Below are positions 62,441-64,000 of a DNA stretch of 64,000 bases, in pieces. Position numbers and translations under genes: made by a program. Below the pieces are notes generated by a model, which was not told the DNA's origin, ran no database searches, and was given only the letters and a program-made list of their open reading frames with translations. The stretch lies in NCBI RefSeq assembly GCF_964213995.1, contig NC_135806.1, forward strand, positions 84,878,001-84,942,000, given 5' to 3'. Position 1 is the first letter of the stretch; the number at the start of each line of letters is the position of its first letter. The stretch comes from Mustelus asterias. Lineage: Eukaryota.

Positions 62441-63072
62441 GGAGCAATCTTACCATTGCGGCCTGCCGGCTGATGGGTGGGGTGAGCTAGTAAGATCGCA
62501 CGAGAGCCAAGAAATCAGGTTTGAGCCCGATTTCATGCCTCTCACAACCTTACCAGCACCAGATATCCGGCGAGGTCAGTCTCATGCCCATTTCTGGCGT
62601 GAGGCTGAATAAATTATTTAAATCTAATTTCAATATAATTTCAATGGGACGCAACTGTCCAGGCTCACTTGCCTCTGTGGCCTTGCTGGAAGGAGGTTCT
62701 CTCCAGTGAGAATCACAGCTGGTCCCCAGCAACGGAGATCAGACATAATGGCATCACCAGTAGAACTGGACACCACCTCTGGGAGGTCGGGGGGGACCAG
62801 GGTGTGCCCCTTGGGTAGTGCAACCTGAGCATTGGGCAGTGCCAAGGGAGTGGGGCCAGACGAGGACGGGCCGATCTGTGGTGGTGGGGGACAACCACTG
62901 AGCACACTGCAGTTGCGATTGGTGGGCGAGGGAGGGGGGGCCCGCTGCCACTCTGCAGTTGTGATTGGTGGGGGGAGGGATCGGATCAGTCCGGGCAAGT
63001 GGGGAGGGGGGGGTCGTCTAGACCCCTTTTCACACTCGTCCTGGACTTGAATTTGATTCATAAGATCGCCCC
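62441..63072. mobile_element. GC-rich non-autonomous DNA transposon (MITE-like)
   Basis: Imperfect terminal inverted repeats GGAGCAATCTTA / TAAGATCGCCCC, flanked by TGT on both sides. Confidence 0.5.
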
Positions 63073-63846
63073 TGTGACTGTCCATGATAACAAATAAAAA
63101 CTGAGGGGGAAAAATGATTAGAATTATCTCTATGGTATTCATGGAACCTAAGGCATACTCGTACCCAAGTACATAATAAGATAGCAATTTAGCTTGGATG
63201 TATAGGGCCATTTGGTTAAGTTCATGCTATGAAGACTATTGTTAAACCTCATATTCATTGTTTAATATTAGTCATTTAAAGCTTCAACTTAAACTTCAAC
63301 TAAAGCTTCACACTTTGTGCGACATCTGCATATAGCCCAGTAGAACATTCCAGATGGAAGTTGGTGAACATGGGCAAATTATGTTTAAACAAAGAAGGAC
63401 AATCAACAACAGGAAACCTTTTTGTTTCACAGATCGTAACATAGGGTGTCCTATTAATACATCAATACACAAACACATGGCGCGCCATATAAGTAAGTTT
63501 GCCGTTATAGTTTAAATTATATAGTTTAAAGCTTTTTAAAAAAAATAATTGACAGCCTTTTTCCCACAAAAGGAACAAAAAGAACGAGTCAATTCAATTA
63601 CAGTTTTCTAATGGATCTTTTCGAAGGCAGACAGAGCAGCGTTGGTAAATGCCTGGTGCCCACTGTTGCCATAACTTGTGCATTGGAGAAGGTGAGGATG
63701 AAATGGTAGGGGAGGTATAATTTCATGGTGTAGATATAATATTGTTAATACTTTGTTAATACTAAGTTTAAATGCAATTACTAACTCAATTTAATAATTG
63801 TATCTTTAACATAAGTAGTTGCCATAGACACACATTATATCAAAAA

Positions 63847-64000
63847 GTTTGAAGTTTATTTATTAGTCACAAGTATGCTCATATTAACACTTCAATGAAG
63901 TTACTGTGAAAATCCCCTAGTCGCCACACTCCGGCACCTGTTCGGGTACACTGAAGGAGAATTTAGCATGGCCAATTCACCTAATCAGGACGTCTTTCGG
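63847..64000 (-). mobile_element. Second V-SINE family, 3' half (runs off the window)
   Basis: Same sequence as 45988-46140. Confidence 0.85.

Noticed and set aside
62630-63211. 193-aa proline-rich ORF
   Set aside because: Arises from the G/C runs of the MITE-like repeat; no domain or splice support.

Overview
Vertebrate genomic DNA, almost certainly from a cartilaginous fish (shark). This is inferred from HE1-type V-SINEs, abundant CR1 LINEs and Penelope pLTR relics. The window holds the conserved REEP5-SRP19-APC block: the last two coding exons of REEP5 (+), the complete 5-exon SRP19 gene (-) with its CpG-island promoter, and the last six coding exons of APC (-). The APC exons include the 6.6-kb terminal exon with four 15-aa repeats, seven 20-aa repeats, three SAMP repeats, an SxIP motif and C-terminal VTSV. 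All exon boundaries are GT-AG and phase-consistent. Introns and intergenic DNA are packed with often nested retroelements (CR1, a second CR1/L2-clade LINE, Rex1/Babar, an LTR relic, SINEs, Penelope relics) and a decayed hAT transposase. I found no convincing new multi-gene system. The best leads are smaller: a ~440-bp structured module in a young CR1 3' UTR, splice donors regenerated at exon-exon junctions of SRP19 and APC, in-frame APC-SRP19 read-through potential, a locally templated inverted insertion, a hammerhead-bearing Penelope palindrome, and a V-SINE with a Rex1-like tail. Repeat boundaries were judged by eye and are approximate.
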